In this document: one piece after another, positions 21,169 to 31,043 of the stretch
How the letters are laid out: each line of letters opens with the position of its first letter
Position numbering within the stretch: the first letter of the stretch is position 1
Source of the DNA: Calditrichales bacterium
GTDB lineage: Bacteria > Calditrichota > Calditrichia > Calditrichales > J004
Direction: 5' to 3'
NCBI GenBank assembly: GCA_965267575.1
Contig: OZ254086.1
Location: 1,184,001-1,248,000 of the forward strand
DNA length: 64,000 nucleotides
Notes under the pieces: model-generated
The model's database searches: none
What the model was told of the DNA's origin: nothing
Seen by the model: the letters and a program-made list of their open reading frames with translations, nothing else
Translations under genes and position numbers: made by a program

Positions 21169-21181
21169 TGACTAAAGGTCA
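21169..21181. promoter_or_regulatory. Candidate TetR operator
   Basis: TGAC-TAAAG-GTCA palindrome immediately upstream of tetR. Confidence 0.4.
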
Positions 21182-21315
21182 TTTACTGGGCAAGAGTATA
21201 TATATTAAAATTTCATAAAGCAAGTCTAAAATAAAAAATGCTAAAAACAGTGCGTATTAGTGTTTGTTTAGTCTGGTCAATTTGAATAGATTGCCCCTTT
21301 TTCAACAGGGAGGAA

Positions 21316-22128
21316 TTGCGCGTGGATCTTATTAAATCGATCGTTTTGGGACTTGTACAGGGATTGTCTGAATTCTTACCGATTTCCAGCTCGGGTCACC
21401 TGGTTATTTTTGCCGAGATCCTGGATTTTCACGAAGAGGGTATCGCTTTTGAGGTATTCGTTCATTTTGGAACGCTTATGTCTATCCTGCTGGCTTTCCG
21501 CTACGAGCTGGCGCGGATGATCGCAGCCCCCTGGCAGGTGTGGGTAAAAAAAAGCAGTGATGCCGAAATGCAGACTTTTCTAAAATGGGATCTATACGTT
21601 ATTGTGGCCACCATCCCGGCCGGCGTTATCGGCTTAACACTAAAAGACCCGATCGAAGCCCTTTTTTCCAATGTGCTGCTGGTATTCTTCATGCTGATGA
21701 TAACGGGCACGCTGATGTACCTGAGTCGCTTTATGAAAAACAAAAACACACCGTTGGGATATTTTAATGCTTTTATTATCGGAATTGCCCAGGCCTTTGC
21801 GATTCTTCCGGGTATATCGCGCAGCGGCAGCACTATTTTTACCGGTATCGCCATGGGCATCGAGCGCGAAAAAGTGGCGCGCTTTTCCTTCATCATGTCC
21901 ATACCGGCAATTTTTGGCGCCGTCATTCTAAAACTGAACGACCTGATGGGCGTGCCGATCACAGGCGGCCAAATGATCAATTACGCCGCCGGAACGCTGG
22001 TGGCTTTTATCTCTGGCTATCTGGCTATCATTTGGTTGCTGGACATTGTTAAGCGTGGTAAACTTCAATGGTTCGGCTATTATTGTTATCTTGTCGCATT
22101 AATCGGATTCACCTGGTTCTGGATGTAG
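21316..22128 (+). CDS. uppP: Undecaprenyl-diphosphate phosphatase
   Basis: QGLSEFLPISSSGH and PGISRSGST motifs. Confidence 0.93.
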   Translation: MRVDLIKSIVLGLVQGLSEFLPISSSGHLVIFAEILDFHEEGIAFEVFVHFGTLMSILLAFRYELARMIAAPWQVWVKKSSDAEMQTFLKWDLYVIVATIPAGVIGLTLKDPIEALFSNVLLVFFMLMITGTLMYLSRFMKNKNTPLGYFNAFIIGIAQAFAILPGISRSGSTIFTGIAMGIEREKVARFSFIMSIPAIFGAVILKLNDLMGVPITGGQMINYAAGTLVAFISGYLAIIWLLDIVKRGKLQWFGYYCYLVALIGFTWFWM

Positions 22129-22132
22129 GCTT

Positions 22133-23587
22133 ATGAGTAACATAAAAAGAGAGCTTTTCACCTCCCGGTTCGGGTTTATTGCAGCTACACTGGGTATGGC
22201 AATCGGCGCCGGAAACATCTGGCGTTTTCCGCGTTTGGCGGGCCAGTACGGCGGTTCTTTCCTGATTACCTGGCTGATCTTTTTGCTACTGTGGTCTATC
22301 CCTCTGCTCATTGCTGAGTATGCCGTAGGCCGCAAGGAGCGCACCGGCGTTATCGGGGCGTTTAAACGTACCATGGGAGAAAAATTTGTCTGGATGGGCT
22401 GGTTTGTCGCCTTCTGTACAAGTGCCATCATGTTTTATTACTCCGTGGTCTGCGGCTGGGCCCTTAAATACTTCAGCGTGGCGGCCAGCGGTCAGCTTAC
22501 CGAGATTGATCACAGCGCATTTTGGGTCAGTTTCACGTCCGGCGCTCAGCCCGCCTTTTTTATGATTTTAGCACTGCTGGTCGGTGCTGGGTTTATTTAC
22601 CTGGGTATTGTCAAAGGCGTGGAGCGTTTCTCAAAGATCATCATTCCGACACTCTATGGTCTTATGATTATATCCGCATTCAAGGCGCTTAGCCTGGAAG
22701 GCGCCGGTCTTGGACTGGATTACTTTTTCTCGTTCGACAGTCATTCATTATGGGATTACAAAATTTGGCTGGAAGGGCTTTCACAATCGGCCTGGTCTAC
22801 CGGGGCAGGCTGGGGGCTGATCCTAACCTATGCCGTATATTCACGCAGTAAAGAATCCATTATTGGTAATGTTTTCCTTACCGGCATCGGCAACAATCTC
22901 GCTTCTTTACTGGCGGGTTTGGTTATCATCCCCACAGTATTTGCCCTAAGCGCGACAACGCAGCAGGCAAACGAGCTTTTAGCCGTTGGCAACCAGGGGC
23001 TGGCATTTATCGCCATACCTGAACTTTTTAGCAAAATGGTTGGCGGCAACCTGTTTGGTACGATATTCTTCCTGTCATTGTTTTTTGCAGCACTCTCCAG
23101 CCTGCTGGCCATGATTGAACTGGCTTCATGCGTTTTGATCGATTTTGGCATCAATCGCAAAAAGGCGGTTGTCATTGTCGTTATAGTCGCTGTCGTTTTG
23201 GGCCTGCCTTCCGCCCTTTCACTGGATATTTTCAACAACCAGGATTGGGTGTGGGGCGTAGGACTGATTGTCAGCGGCTTTATGTTTAATCTGCTGGTTA
23301 TCAAAATAGGTCCGGTGCGTTTTGTAAAAGAATGGCTGCAACCGCAAAAAAATGAGGCCTTTATCGCCTTTAGCTTTAAAATTCTTTTCTATATCGTTAT
23401 ACCTCTGGAATTTGTTGTTATGCTGGGCTGGTGGCTATACCAGGCGGCAACCACATTTTCCGTTTCTGCCTGGGATCCGTTTGAGACCTACAGCCTAGGA
23501 ACCACGCTCTTACAGTGGGCAATTATATTGCTTGTCGGTTTCGCGCTTAACAAAAAGATGTCCAAGTTACTGGAAAGAGGCGCATGA
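22133..23587 (+). CDS. Sodium-dependent transporter (NSS/SNF family)
   Basis: GMAIGAGNIWRFP, GGSFL, multiple TM segments. Confidence 0.9.
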   Translation: MSNIKRELFTSRFGFIAATLGMAIGAGNIWRFPRLAGQYGGSFLITWLIFLLLWSIPLLIAEYAVGRKERTGVIGAFKRTMGEKFVWMGWFVAFCTSAIMFYYSVVCGWALKYFSVAASGQLTEIDHSAFWVSFTSGAQPAFFMILALLVGAGFIYLGIVKGVERFSKIIIPTLYGLMIISAFKALSLEGAGLGLDYFFSFDSHSLWDYKIWLEGLSQSAWSTGAGWGLILTYAVYSRSKESIIGNVFLTGIGNNLASLLAGLVIIPTVFALSATTQQANELLAVGNQGLAFIAIPELFSKMVGGNLFGTIFFLSLFFAALSSLLAMIELASCVLIDFGINRKKAVVIVVIVAVVLGLPSALSLDIFNNQDWVWGVGLIVSGFMFNLLVIKIGPVRFVKEWLQPQKNEAFIAFSFKILFYIVIPLEFVVMLGWWLYQAATTFSVSAWDPFETYSLGTTLLQWAIILLVGFALNKKMSKLLERGA

Positions 23588-24579
23588 TCCACGCCCAAGA
23601 TATTATTGGCAAAATAGCAAGCGGCGATGTAAGCCCGGTTTACCTTCTTATCGGCAAGGAAAAATTTTTTCATGATCAGGTTATCCAGGCCATGACGCAG
23701 CGTTTGCTGCCCGATGCGTCGTCACGCAGTCTCAACCTCTACCTGCTTTACGGCGGTGAGAACAGTCTGCCGGAGGTGGTAAATGCTGCGCAGTCGCGGC
23801 CGATGCTTGCCGACAAAAAGCTGGTTATTGTGCGTGATTTTAACCGTATGCGCTCCGCTGACAGCGAACCGTTTATTAAATACCTGGAGAACCCGCAGCC
23901 TTATACGGTACTTGTAATGGCCGCAGAAGAGCTTGGTGCCGGCAATGTTAACAAAGCCGCGCGCAAACAAGCCCTGGAAGTAGAGTGCAAGCCGCTCTCC
24001 GAGCAAAAGGTGGCCTCGTGGATCCGCAGCCGCGCAAAAGGCAAAAAAGTCCCGTTGGATGAAAGTGCCTGCGAGGCGTTGGCCGAGCTAACCGGCAACA
24101 ACCTGCTAACCATCGATCACGAACTGGAAAAGCTGGCCAGTTTTATGGCCGGAGCCGAAACGATCAGCGCCGATGATGTTGCCCGTTTAAGCGGTCTTTC
24201 CGCTGAGTACAACGTTTTTAATTTGCAGCGCACCCTCTCCCTGCGCGATATAAAAAAAAGCTATGTTATCATCAAACGCCTTATAGAGGCCGGCGATAAT
24301 ATTCATATGATCATGGCTGTTTTATTTGCCCATTTCCGGAAAACGCTGCTGGTTAGCCGCATGCTGGAAAAAAATGAAAGCCCGGCGGCGATCAAGCAAA
24401 CATTAAAAATGGGCGACTACCAGTTACGCCAGGTTATGCAGACAAAGCAGAAATTTTCCGTCGACGCAATCGAAAACGTTATATCTTTCTTACAGTCATT
24501 GGATAAAGAGCTTAAAAGCAGTTCGCTTAAAGACGAATATGCAGCGCAGAGTTTGTGTTACAATATTTGCACGGCGTAA
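23584..24579 (+). CDS. holA: DNA polymerase III delta subunit
   Basis: PVYLLIGKE, PMLADKKLVIV, ELEKL, NVFNL. Confidence 0.88.
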   Translation: MIHAQDIIGKIASGDVSPVYLLIGKEKFFHDQVIQAMTQRLLPDASSRSLNLYLLYGGENSLPEVVNAAQSRPMLADKKLVIVRDFNRMRSADSEPFIKYLENPQPYTVLVMAAEELGAGNVNKAARKQALEVECKPLSEQKVASWIRSRAKGKKVPLDESACEALAELTGNNLLTIDHELEKLASFMAGAETISADDVARLSGLSAEYNVFNLQRTLSLRDIKKSYVIIKRLIEAGDNIHMIMAVLFAHFRKTLLVSRMLEKNESPAAIKQTLKMGDYQLRQVMQTKQKFSVDAIENVISFLQSLDKELKSSSLKDEYAAQSLCYNICTA

Positions 24580-24614
24580 TCACTTCTTAGTATTTTCTTT
24601 TTATTAAAAAAGTG

Positions 24615-24639
24615 GGAACACCACAAAACATGTAATGTT
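24615..24639 (+). promoter_or_regulatory. Candidate ECF-sigma autoregulatory promoter
   Basis: GGAAC-N17-GTT just upstream of the ECF sigma gene. Confidence 0.4.
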
Positions 24640-24656
24640 AAAATAGCGATTTTTTA

Positions 24657-25277
24657 ATGACCGAAAAGGAAAAGACAGACACCGGTCTTCAAAAAGGTGT
24701 TGAACCAACGGATGAAGTATTAATCGCCCGTTTTCAGGATGGCGATGAATATGCCTTTAATTTGCTTGTAAAGCGATATAAAGACCCGTTGATGAATTTT
24801 GTATTTCGATTTGTCGGCAACAGGACCGATGCGGAGGATATCGTGCAGGAAACGTTTTTGCGCCTGTATAAAAACAAACACTATTATAAAGAGATTGCCA
24901 AATTCTCTACCTGGATCTACACGATTGCCGGAAACCTTGCCAAAACAGAGCTGCGCAAAAGAAAGCGTCGCAATATGTTTTCCATCAACAACTTTATGCA
25001 GACCGACAAAGACTATGACCTGCCGGACAAAGGCGTTACCCCGGACAGACACGCCAATACCATTATCACCGATAACATTATTCAGGGTGCGATCGACAAG
25101 CTCTCCCCAAAATTCAGACAGGTTATTCTGCTCAGGGATGTTCAGGGTTTCTCTTACGAAGAGATATCTCAGATTGTTGATATTCCGCTTGGTACGGTTA
25201 AATCCCGCGTAAACCGGGCACGCCTGAGACTTCAGCAGGAATTGAAAAAAGTAATGAAAGATGTAACCGAACAATAA
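24657..25277 (+). CDS. ECF RNA polymerase sigma-70 factor (RpoE/SigW-like)
   Basis: DAEDIVQETF, FSTWIYTIA, GTVKSRVNRAR. Confidence 0.92.
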   Translation: MTEKEKTDTGLQKGVEPTDEVLIARFQDGDEYAFNLLVKRYKDPLMNFVFRFVGNRTDAEDIVQETFLRLYKNKHYYKEIAKFSTWIYTIAGNLAKTELRKRKRRNMFSINNFMQTDKDYDLPDKGVTPDRHANTIITDNIIQGAIDKLSPKFRQVILLRDVQGFSYEEISQIVDIPLGTVKSRVNRARLRLQQELKKVMKDVTEQ

Positions 25278-25292
25278 AAAGGTCTTTCGCCT

Positions 25293-25796
25293 ATGATGAA
25301 TTGTGACAAAGCTTTATCATTGTTATCCGACTACATTGACGGAACGCTTGATCCGGAAATCAAGCGTGAAGTGGAAACCCACCTTAACAACGACCCCGCA
25401 TGCATGGCCGTTTTCAGAGATGCTCAGAAAATACGCCTGCAATTTGGCAAAATGGAGCCGGTAAAAACATCAGCGGATTTTGATGCTAACTTAAGAAAAC
25501 GCATTATGGATTTTAACGCCGGCGGCGAAAAAAGTATCCTCAATGGCAAAAAAGGATTGTCACTGGCCTTTTCCGGCACAACGCTGGTAGTTGTTTTCGC
25601 CGTGATGATGTTCAGTGACTACGGGTCGGGTCCGCGGCCGGAACAGGAAAATATCCAGCCTTCGTCAACTATAGAGATTAAGACCAACAAAAATGCCGAC
25701 AGTGAGCTGGTAAAAAAAGAAGCGCTAAACGATTCGCTTAAAAAGCCGGATGAGATAAACACAGAGAATATTAAGACCGCCAGCGAAAAGAGATGA
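25293..25796 (+). CDS. Anti-sigma factor (zf-HC2-like, single TM)
   Basis: MNC...LSDYIDGTL...HLNNDPAC (HxxxCxxC with first C replaced by D), TM helix, follows the sigma gene. Confidence 0.78.
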   Translation: MMNCDKALSLLSDYIDGTLDPEIKREVETHLNNDPACMAVFRDAQKIRLQFGKMEPVKTSADFDANLRKRIMDFNAGGEKSILNGKKGLSLAFSGTTLVVVFAVMMFSDYGSGPRPEQENIQPSSTIEIKTNKNADSELVKKEALNDSLKKPDEINTENIKTASEKR

Positions 25797-25856
25797 CTTT
25801 CACACTCTGACAGCTTATATTTTTTTATAATAGTAAGCTAAAACGGGGCGCATTCT

Positions 25857-27155
25857 GTGAATTTTTACATCCTGGTTATTGTCATTCTGCTAATAGGCTT
25901 TTTTGTAAACCTTAGTTCACTAATTGGATTTTGGGGCAATTTTCTTTTTAAAGCATCCTTACTGGGTGCTTTTTTAATTCTATTCAAGAAAGAAAAACGC
26001 CTTTTTTCATTCCCCATACCCGGCAGGCAAACTTCCCCTGCCGCTCCCGAGGAAAATGCAGCGCCAAAACCGCCAATAAAAGAGAACATCAGGCGCAAGC
26101 AGGGCATCTCACTTCTGGATTGCCTTAATGACCAGGAGCATCACATAAAAGAGTTCGTTAAAAGCCAATTTGATATTTTATACAACTACCTCATCCCCAC
26201 AAACGGTTATGTTTTCTTAAGCGACAGGGAAGGCAACACCTATCTCGTTCACAAGGCGGTGAATCATCCGGAAAACTGGTCGGAGAGCCATAGCCTGCCC
26301 GGCTTTATCAATTTGATGACAAATACCGCGCGCGAAATTTTAATTGAGAATCATATTCAGAATGTATCAAACCTGATCCCCTTTTATGATCAGAGCGCGT
26401 ACAAACCCGCGTCGATCTTCGCCATGTATACGGAGCTTGAAAACGGCTACCGCCTTTACTGGGCCTTTGACAGCCAGGCGGCAGACCATTTTAACGAAGA
26501 AGAACTGATCTTACCGAAACAGGTGAATTTTACGACCAGTTATGTGCTCGACAATATTTTGCGCTACGAAAACCTGCTGCAGGAAAACTACGACACTGCG
26601 CGGCTAATGCAGCTGGCCGTAAGCCTTAACGGGGCCCATGACTTTAAACAGGCGCTGGACCTTTTTGTAGAAGCCATAAGCCGCGAATTTGTGGCCGACA
26701 AGCTTACAATTGCTTTCCGTGAAGAAAACGGACGTCAGCCAGAAAAAGCGCTCATTGAAAAATCCATCGGCCAGGAAGATTTCCTCAAAAGCGGGCAACG
26801 CTTCAACCTGGAAGACGGCTTGCATGGCTGGGTTATTATGAAAAACAAAATTTACCTGATTGAGGACATGGAACAGGGTGAATATTTCATTCCACGATTT
26901 TCAAAAAGCGAAAAAACCAATTATGGTTTACGTTCGTTCCTGTCCGTTCCCGTGGGCGATAAAGAGCGCGCTATGGGCATGGTTTCGCTTGAGCACAAAA
27001 AACCATCGGTCTATAAAATGGCGGAGAAGAACAAGCTGCACATGTATATCAATCTGCTCTCTTCCGTGATAAAACGATTTAGCGAAAAAGAAAATGATAC
27101 GGAAACGCCGCCTTCAGACACAAAAAAAAGGGATGAACCGAAGTCCATCCCCTGA
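25857..27155 (+). CDS. Membrane-anchored GAF-domain protein
   Basis: Two N-terminal TMs; GLHGWV...IEDM...RSFLSVP...GMVSL GAF motif; no output domain. Confidence 0.7.
   Translation: MNFYILVIVILLIGFFVNLSSLIGFWGNFLFKASLLGAFLILFKKEKRLFSFPIPGRQTSPAAPEENAAPKPPIKENIRRKQGISLLDCLNDQEHHIKEFVKSQFDILYNYLIPTNGYVFLSDREGNTYLVHKAVNHPENWSESHSLPGFINLMTNTAREILIENHIQNVSNLIPFYDQSAYKPASIFAMYTELENGYRLYWAFDSQAADHFNEEELILPKQVNFTTSYVLDNILRYENLLQENYDTARLMQLAVSLNGAHDFKQALDLFVEAISREFVADKLTIAFREENGRQPEKALIEKSIGQEDFLKSGQRFNLEDGLHGWVIMKNKIYLIEDMEQGEYFIPRFSKSEKTNYGLRSFLSVPVGDKERAMGMVSLEHKKPSVYKMAEKNKLHMYINLLSSVIKRFSEKENDTETPPSDTKKRDEPKSIP
27122..27152 (-). terminator. Terminator for receiver-like gene
   Basis: Minus strand GGGATG-GACTTCGGTT-CATCCC-TTTTTTT. 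Confidence 0.6.
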
Positions 27156-27191
27156 ATCATCCCTGATCGATATTCCCAATCTTTTATGGCT

Positions 27192-27563
27192 TTAATGCTT
27201 TACGTATAAGCTGCGCAACGTTGTCCAGCGGTCAATATAGTGGCGCAGGTTTTTTATCTTTACCGGTTCGTTCACACACTCCAGGAAATTTTCGCGGTTG
27301 GTGGTAAGTCCCTTACTGGCCCCGATATAGATAACGGGAATATTTGACGTGTGCGGATCCATCCGGAGACGATTCAACGTGTCCACGCCGCCTTCTTCCG
27401 TGAAATTTTCGTTTAAAATAATTACGGCGGGTTTTTGAGAAGATACTTGTCTGAAAAGATCGACATGCCTGTGAACCGTAACAACCTTGTAGCTATATAC
27501 ATCCAGAACAGCTTGCATGGACCTAGCTTTATTTACGTCGTTCTCGCAAATAAAAATTTTCAT
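27192..27563 (-). CDS. Stand-alone receiver-like (pseudo-receiver) protein
   Basis: CheY pattern MKIFICEND...KPAVIILNE...LRMDPHTSNIPVI; phospho-Asp position is Asn. Confidence 0.7.
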   Translation of the reverse strand: MKIFICENDVNKARSMQAVLDVYSYKVVTVHRHVDLFRQVSSQKPAVIILNENFTEEGGVDTLNRLRMDPHTSNIPVIYIGASKGLTTNRENFLECVNEPVKIKNLRHYIDRWTTLRSLYVKH

Positions 27564-27624
27564 TCTGTAACTCCTCTCGATTGCATATGTAAATTTGGTG
27601 CGGCTCTTATTTGACAATTTATAC

Positions 27625-27640
27625 TACAACCGGCATGCCA
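27625..27640 (-). promoter_or_regulatory. Sigma-54 (-24/-12) promoter
   Basis: TGGCATG-CCGG-TTGTA versus consensus TGGCACG-N4-TTGCW; directly downstream of a sigma-54 activator gene. Confidence 0.65.
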
Positions 27641-27733
27641 GACCCATAAGTGTATGTTTTTCATAAACTTAAGTCATATTATCTATAAGTATATGATTTT
27701 ACTTGACTTAAGGTCAAAATAGTTGTTTAAGAT

Positions 27734-27778
27734 TGTAAAATATGCAAACTACCCAAAAAGCAGATTGCAATTTATACA
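27734..27778. promoter_or_regulatory. Tandem enhancer-binding-protein sites (UAS)
   Basis: TGTAAAATATGCA (27734-27746) and TGCAATTTATACA (27766-27778), 32 bp apart. Confidence 0.5.
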
Positions 27779-29116
27779 CTATTCGAGGCGGGAAACGAGA
27801 GTGCGGTAATTTATATTCAGGTATTTACAGGCTTCTTTCTTGTTCTTCTGAACGTGGTCATAAACAAGGCGCACATACATGCGTTGAAATTCTTCCAGTG
27901 TAAGGTTGTTGGAAAGCGCATATTGTAAAACAGGATTATCGTCCTGCTCATGCAGCTCTCCCTGGATATCCTTTATGGTAAGCACCTTATTATTTGTCAG
28001 CAGTAACCGGATCAGTGTGTTCTCAAGCTCGCGGATATTGCCTCGCCATTCCTGCTTTGACAGGTAAGCAATCAACGATGGATCAAATCTGGGCACCTGC
28101 TTATTGTTGCGTTCGCAATAACGGCTGCTGAAATGATCGATCAAAGCCGGAATATCATCAGGACGCTCCCTAAGCGGCGGTACATTGATCGGGATGACGT
28201 TTATACGGTAAAACAGGTCTTCACGAAAATTCTTTTCTTTAACTTCATCTTTCAGATTTCTGTTTGTAGCGGCCACCAGGCGGAAATCTGCCTTTATTTC
28301 CCTCGTTCCGCCAAGACGGTAAAAGCGCTTTTCCTGCAGAACGCGCAGTAACTTGGCCTGGATGCTCAGCGGCATTTCGCCAATCTCATCCAGAAACAGC
28401 GTACCGCTGGCGGCCAGCTCAAAGTGTCCTTTCTTCAGGTCCGTGGCTCCGGTAAAGGCGCCCTTTTCATGGCCAAACAATTCATTCTCCAGCAGGTTGT
28501 CGGGCAAGGCAGCGCTGTTTATGGCGATGAACGGTCCTTTTGATCTCTTGCCGCGGTTATGGATATGACGGGCGATCACCTCTTTTCCCGTGCCTGATTC
28601 ACCGGTAATCAGTATGGGCTCCTGGGTGTCCTTTGTATTTTCTACAAGTGTGAGAATGTTCTTCATCGGCTTGCTTACGGCCACAAACCCTTCCGGGTCA
28701 ATGTCGCTGGAAAGACGCAGCCGCAGCTGGCGGTTTTCGCGTTCCAGCTTTTGCATGCGGATTGCGCGCTTCACAAGCAAGGGCAATTCATCCTGAATAT
28801 TTTCACCCTTGAAGAAATAGGAGTAGGCGCCACGCTTTTGTGCTTCCAGTGCATGCTGATGGTCTTTGGAGGAAGTAATGACAATAATTTTGGCATCCGT
28901 GCCGCGGGCAATAATGAAATCTAAAATAGTAAAACCCTGCTCTATCTGCGGCAGGCCCAGATCCTGAACAACAATATCCGGCTTAAAGCTTTCAAATATC
29001 TGCCGTGCTTCATCGGTGGAGCCGGTCACTTCGTAATCATACTCTTCACCCAGCCACTTTTTATAGCGCTGCTGCCAGATAACATTATCTTCGACGATCA
29101 GGATTCTACAGGTCAT
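27779..29116 (-). CDS. Sigma-54-dependent response regulator (NtrC/AtoC family)
   Basis: REC (VED, QDLGLP), [33 protein letters not shown]. Confidence 0.93.
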   Translation of the reverse strand: MTCRILIVEDNVIWQQRYKKWLGEEYDYEVTGSTDEARQIFESFKPDIVVQDLGLPQIEQGFTILDFIIARGTDAKIIVITSSKDHQHALEAQKRGAYSYFFKGENIQDELPLLVKRAIRMQKLERENRQLRLRLSSDIDPEGFVAVSKPMKNILTLVENTKDTQEPILITGESGTGKEVIARHIHNRGKRSKGPFIAINSAALPDNLLENELFGHEKGAFTGATDLKKGHFELAASGTLFLDEIGEMPLSIQAKLLRVLQEKRFYRLGGTREIKADFRLVAATNRNLKDEVKEKNFREDLFYRINVIPINVPPLRERPDDIPALIDHFSSRYCERNNKQVPRFDPSLIAYLSKQEWRGNIRELENTLIRLLLTNNKVLTIKDIQGELHEQDDNPVLQYALSNNLTLEEFQRMYVRLVYDHVQKNKKEACKYLNINYRTLVSRLE

Positions 29117-30122
29117 TATTCTTTACCGGAATTAAAATTACAACTGTCGTGCGGGGCGCTAACGATGAAATTGTTAAGGTGCCCCCATGTTCGTTAATTA
29201 TTTTTTCCGCAATTGTTAAACCCAGGCCCGGGTGACCGCTATATTTTTTGGTCGTAAAGAAAGGCTTTTTGATATAGGGCAGAAAATCCGCGGGCACACC
29301 GCCGCCGTCATCGGAGACCGACAATTCGCACCACTTTGTCTCCGGAACAACCCCGACTCCTTCCTGTAGCCGGCACTCGATATGAACGCGATCCATGCTT
29401 TCCGTCATCTCGATTGCATTTTTTACAATCTCGTTAAATGCCCGTGAAAAGAGCTCCACATCCACATTAACTATAAAAGAGGAATGGGTTTCCGGGATGG
29501 CCGGCATATTCAGCTCCAGCAGCGAAAGGGAGTCGCGGATAAACACATCGATGGCGATGTCGCTTTTGAACAGCTCAAAATCGCGCAAAAGAAAAAGCAG
29601 GTCTTTGTTAACCTTGTTCTGGTAATCAAGCCGCATCGTGCGTTCATCTTCATCCACATCCCGCTTATTGATATCAACCAGGGATTGCACGTCATGCATC
29701 ATTTGAGAAATCAGATGCCCGTAAAAATTATCACTGCCGTTTACCGTGCTTTGATGCACCTTGTCCAGCATGGCCGCCAGATGCTGCCAGACTTTCAAGA
29801 CCGGCTCTAATTCACCAAGCACGGAAGAAGGCCCCGTAAACAAAAACTGCTTTTGCGATTGTCTCCCGGGGATATCAAAAGCATAAAAAAGGTCATTAAC
29901 GTTTATTGTACCGCCGGTCTGCAAATATCTTGCGGGCAGGCGCAGGCCGCTGTCTTCACGCTCGGCCTCTCCTTCCAGCAGCAATGCCGCCGTGGGCATG
30001 GCCGTTATACTGTAACATTTGATTGTAGTTTTAATTTTGCCCCGGATATAATCTCGTGTGATCAACGCCAGTTGTTTACGGTTGCCCGCTTCCCTGCATT
30101 GTTCCAGATATCGTTCAATCAT
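29106..30122 (-). CDS. Sensor histidine kinase (cytoplasmic)
   Basis: H-box MMHDV, N-box EIVKNAI, VSDDGGG, FFTTK, GLGL; start MIERY overlaps mazG stop. Confidence 0.8.
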   Translation of the reverse strand: MIERYLEQCREAGNRKQLALITRDYIRGKIKTTIKCYSITAMPTAALLLEGEAEREDSGLRLPARYLQTGGTINVNDLFYAFDIPGRQSQKQFLFTGPSSVLGELEPVLKVWQHLAAMLDKVHQSTVNGSDNFYGHLISQMMHDVQSLVDINKRDVDEDERTMRLDYQNKVNKDLLFLLRDFELFKSDIAIDVFIRDSLSLLELNMPAIPETHSSFIVNVDVELFSRAFNEIVKNAIEMTESMDRVHIECRLQEGVGVVPETKWCELSVSDDGGGVPADFLPYIKKPFFTTKKYSGHPGLGLTIAEKIINEHGGTLTISSLAPRTTVVILIPVKNNDL

Positions 30123-30885
30123 TGCCCGATGTACCTTCCTTGGCGTTTTGCCAGAATTTTTCCAATGTTTCCAGATCTGCTCCGGACATTTTGTCCATAT
30201 CGTAATTAAACTGCTTTTCAATGAAAGCAAAGCGCTGCCTGAATTTGCGGTTGGTCTGGTTGAGCGCATCCTCGCTTACCACGTTAAGAAAACGTCCCAG
30301 GTTAACGATGGCAAAAAGTATGTCCCCATACTCTTCTCGGACCGTTTCGGTGTCGTTGTTGTGGACGGCCTGCTTTAGTTCGTCCAGCTCCTCCTGCAGC
30401 TTATCGATTACCGCGTCGATGCGCTTCCACTCAAAGCCGACGGTGGCGGCTTTTTCCTGCATGCGTTGCGCCTTCAGCAGGGCCGGCATACTGTCCGGAA
30501 TACCGCTCAGCATGGAGTCGCGCCGCTCTTTCTTGTACTTGTTCTGTTCCCAGTTGCGCTGTACTTCTTCGGCGGTGATGCCGGTTTCACGCTGAAATAC
30601 ATGGGGGTGGCGCTCTACCATCTTGTCCGAAATCCGGCTCACCACATCATCAAAGGAAAAGCGCTTCTGCTCCCCGGCGATGGCGCTGTGAAACACGATT
30701 TGCAGAAGCAGATCGCCCAGCTCACCTTTCAAAGCTTCAAAATCATTTTGGTCGATTGCTTCGGTTACCTCGTGCGCTTCCTCCAAAAGGTAGCGCTTCA
30801 GGCTTTCGTGCGTTTGCTCTGCATCCCACGGACAGTGACGCCGCAACAGCTCCATTATCCTTAAAAAACGATCCATTTCCTGCAT
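30115..30885 (-). CDS. mazG: Nucleoside triphosphate pyrophosphohydrolase
   Basis: CPWDAEQTH, EEAHE, GELGDLL, RHPHVF, EYGDILF. Confidence 0.93.
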   Translation of the reverse strand: MQEMDRFLRIMELLRRHCPWDAEQTHESLKRYLLEEAHEVTEAIDQNDFEALKGELGDLLLQIVFHSAIAGEQKRFSFDDVVSRISDKMVERHPHVFQRETGITAEEVQRNWEQNKYKKERRDSMLSGIPDSMPALLKAQRMQEKAATVGFEWKRIDAVIDKLQEELDELKQAVHNNDTETVREEYGDILFAIVNLGRFLNVVSEDALNQTNRKFRQRFAFIEKQFNYDMDKMSGADLETLEKFWQNAKEGTSGND

Positions 30886-31043
30886 ATAAAATTCTCAAAA
30901 AATTTTCGATTGTATTTTTTGCAATCTACAAAACAAGACCCAAAAATGCGACAATCTGTGGCAGGCAAAAAACAAAATTCTAAATTGAAAAAATAGCGCA
31001 AAGGTTTTACTTTGCACAGCTTTATAAATACGGAGCTGCCAAT

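Noticed and set aside
30123-30269. N-terminal extension of the histidine kinase
   Set aside because: Overlaps mazG; the ATG at 30122 coupled to the mazG stop is more plausible
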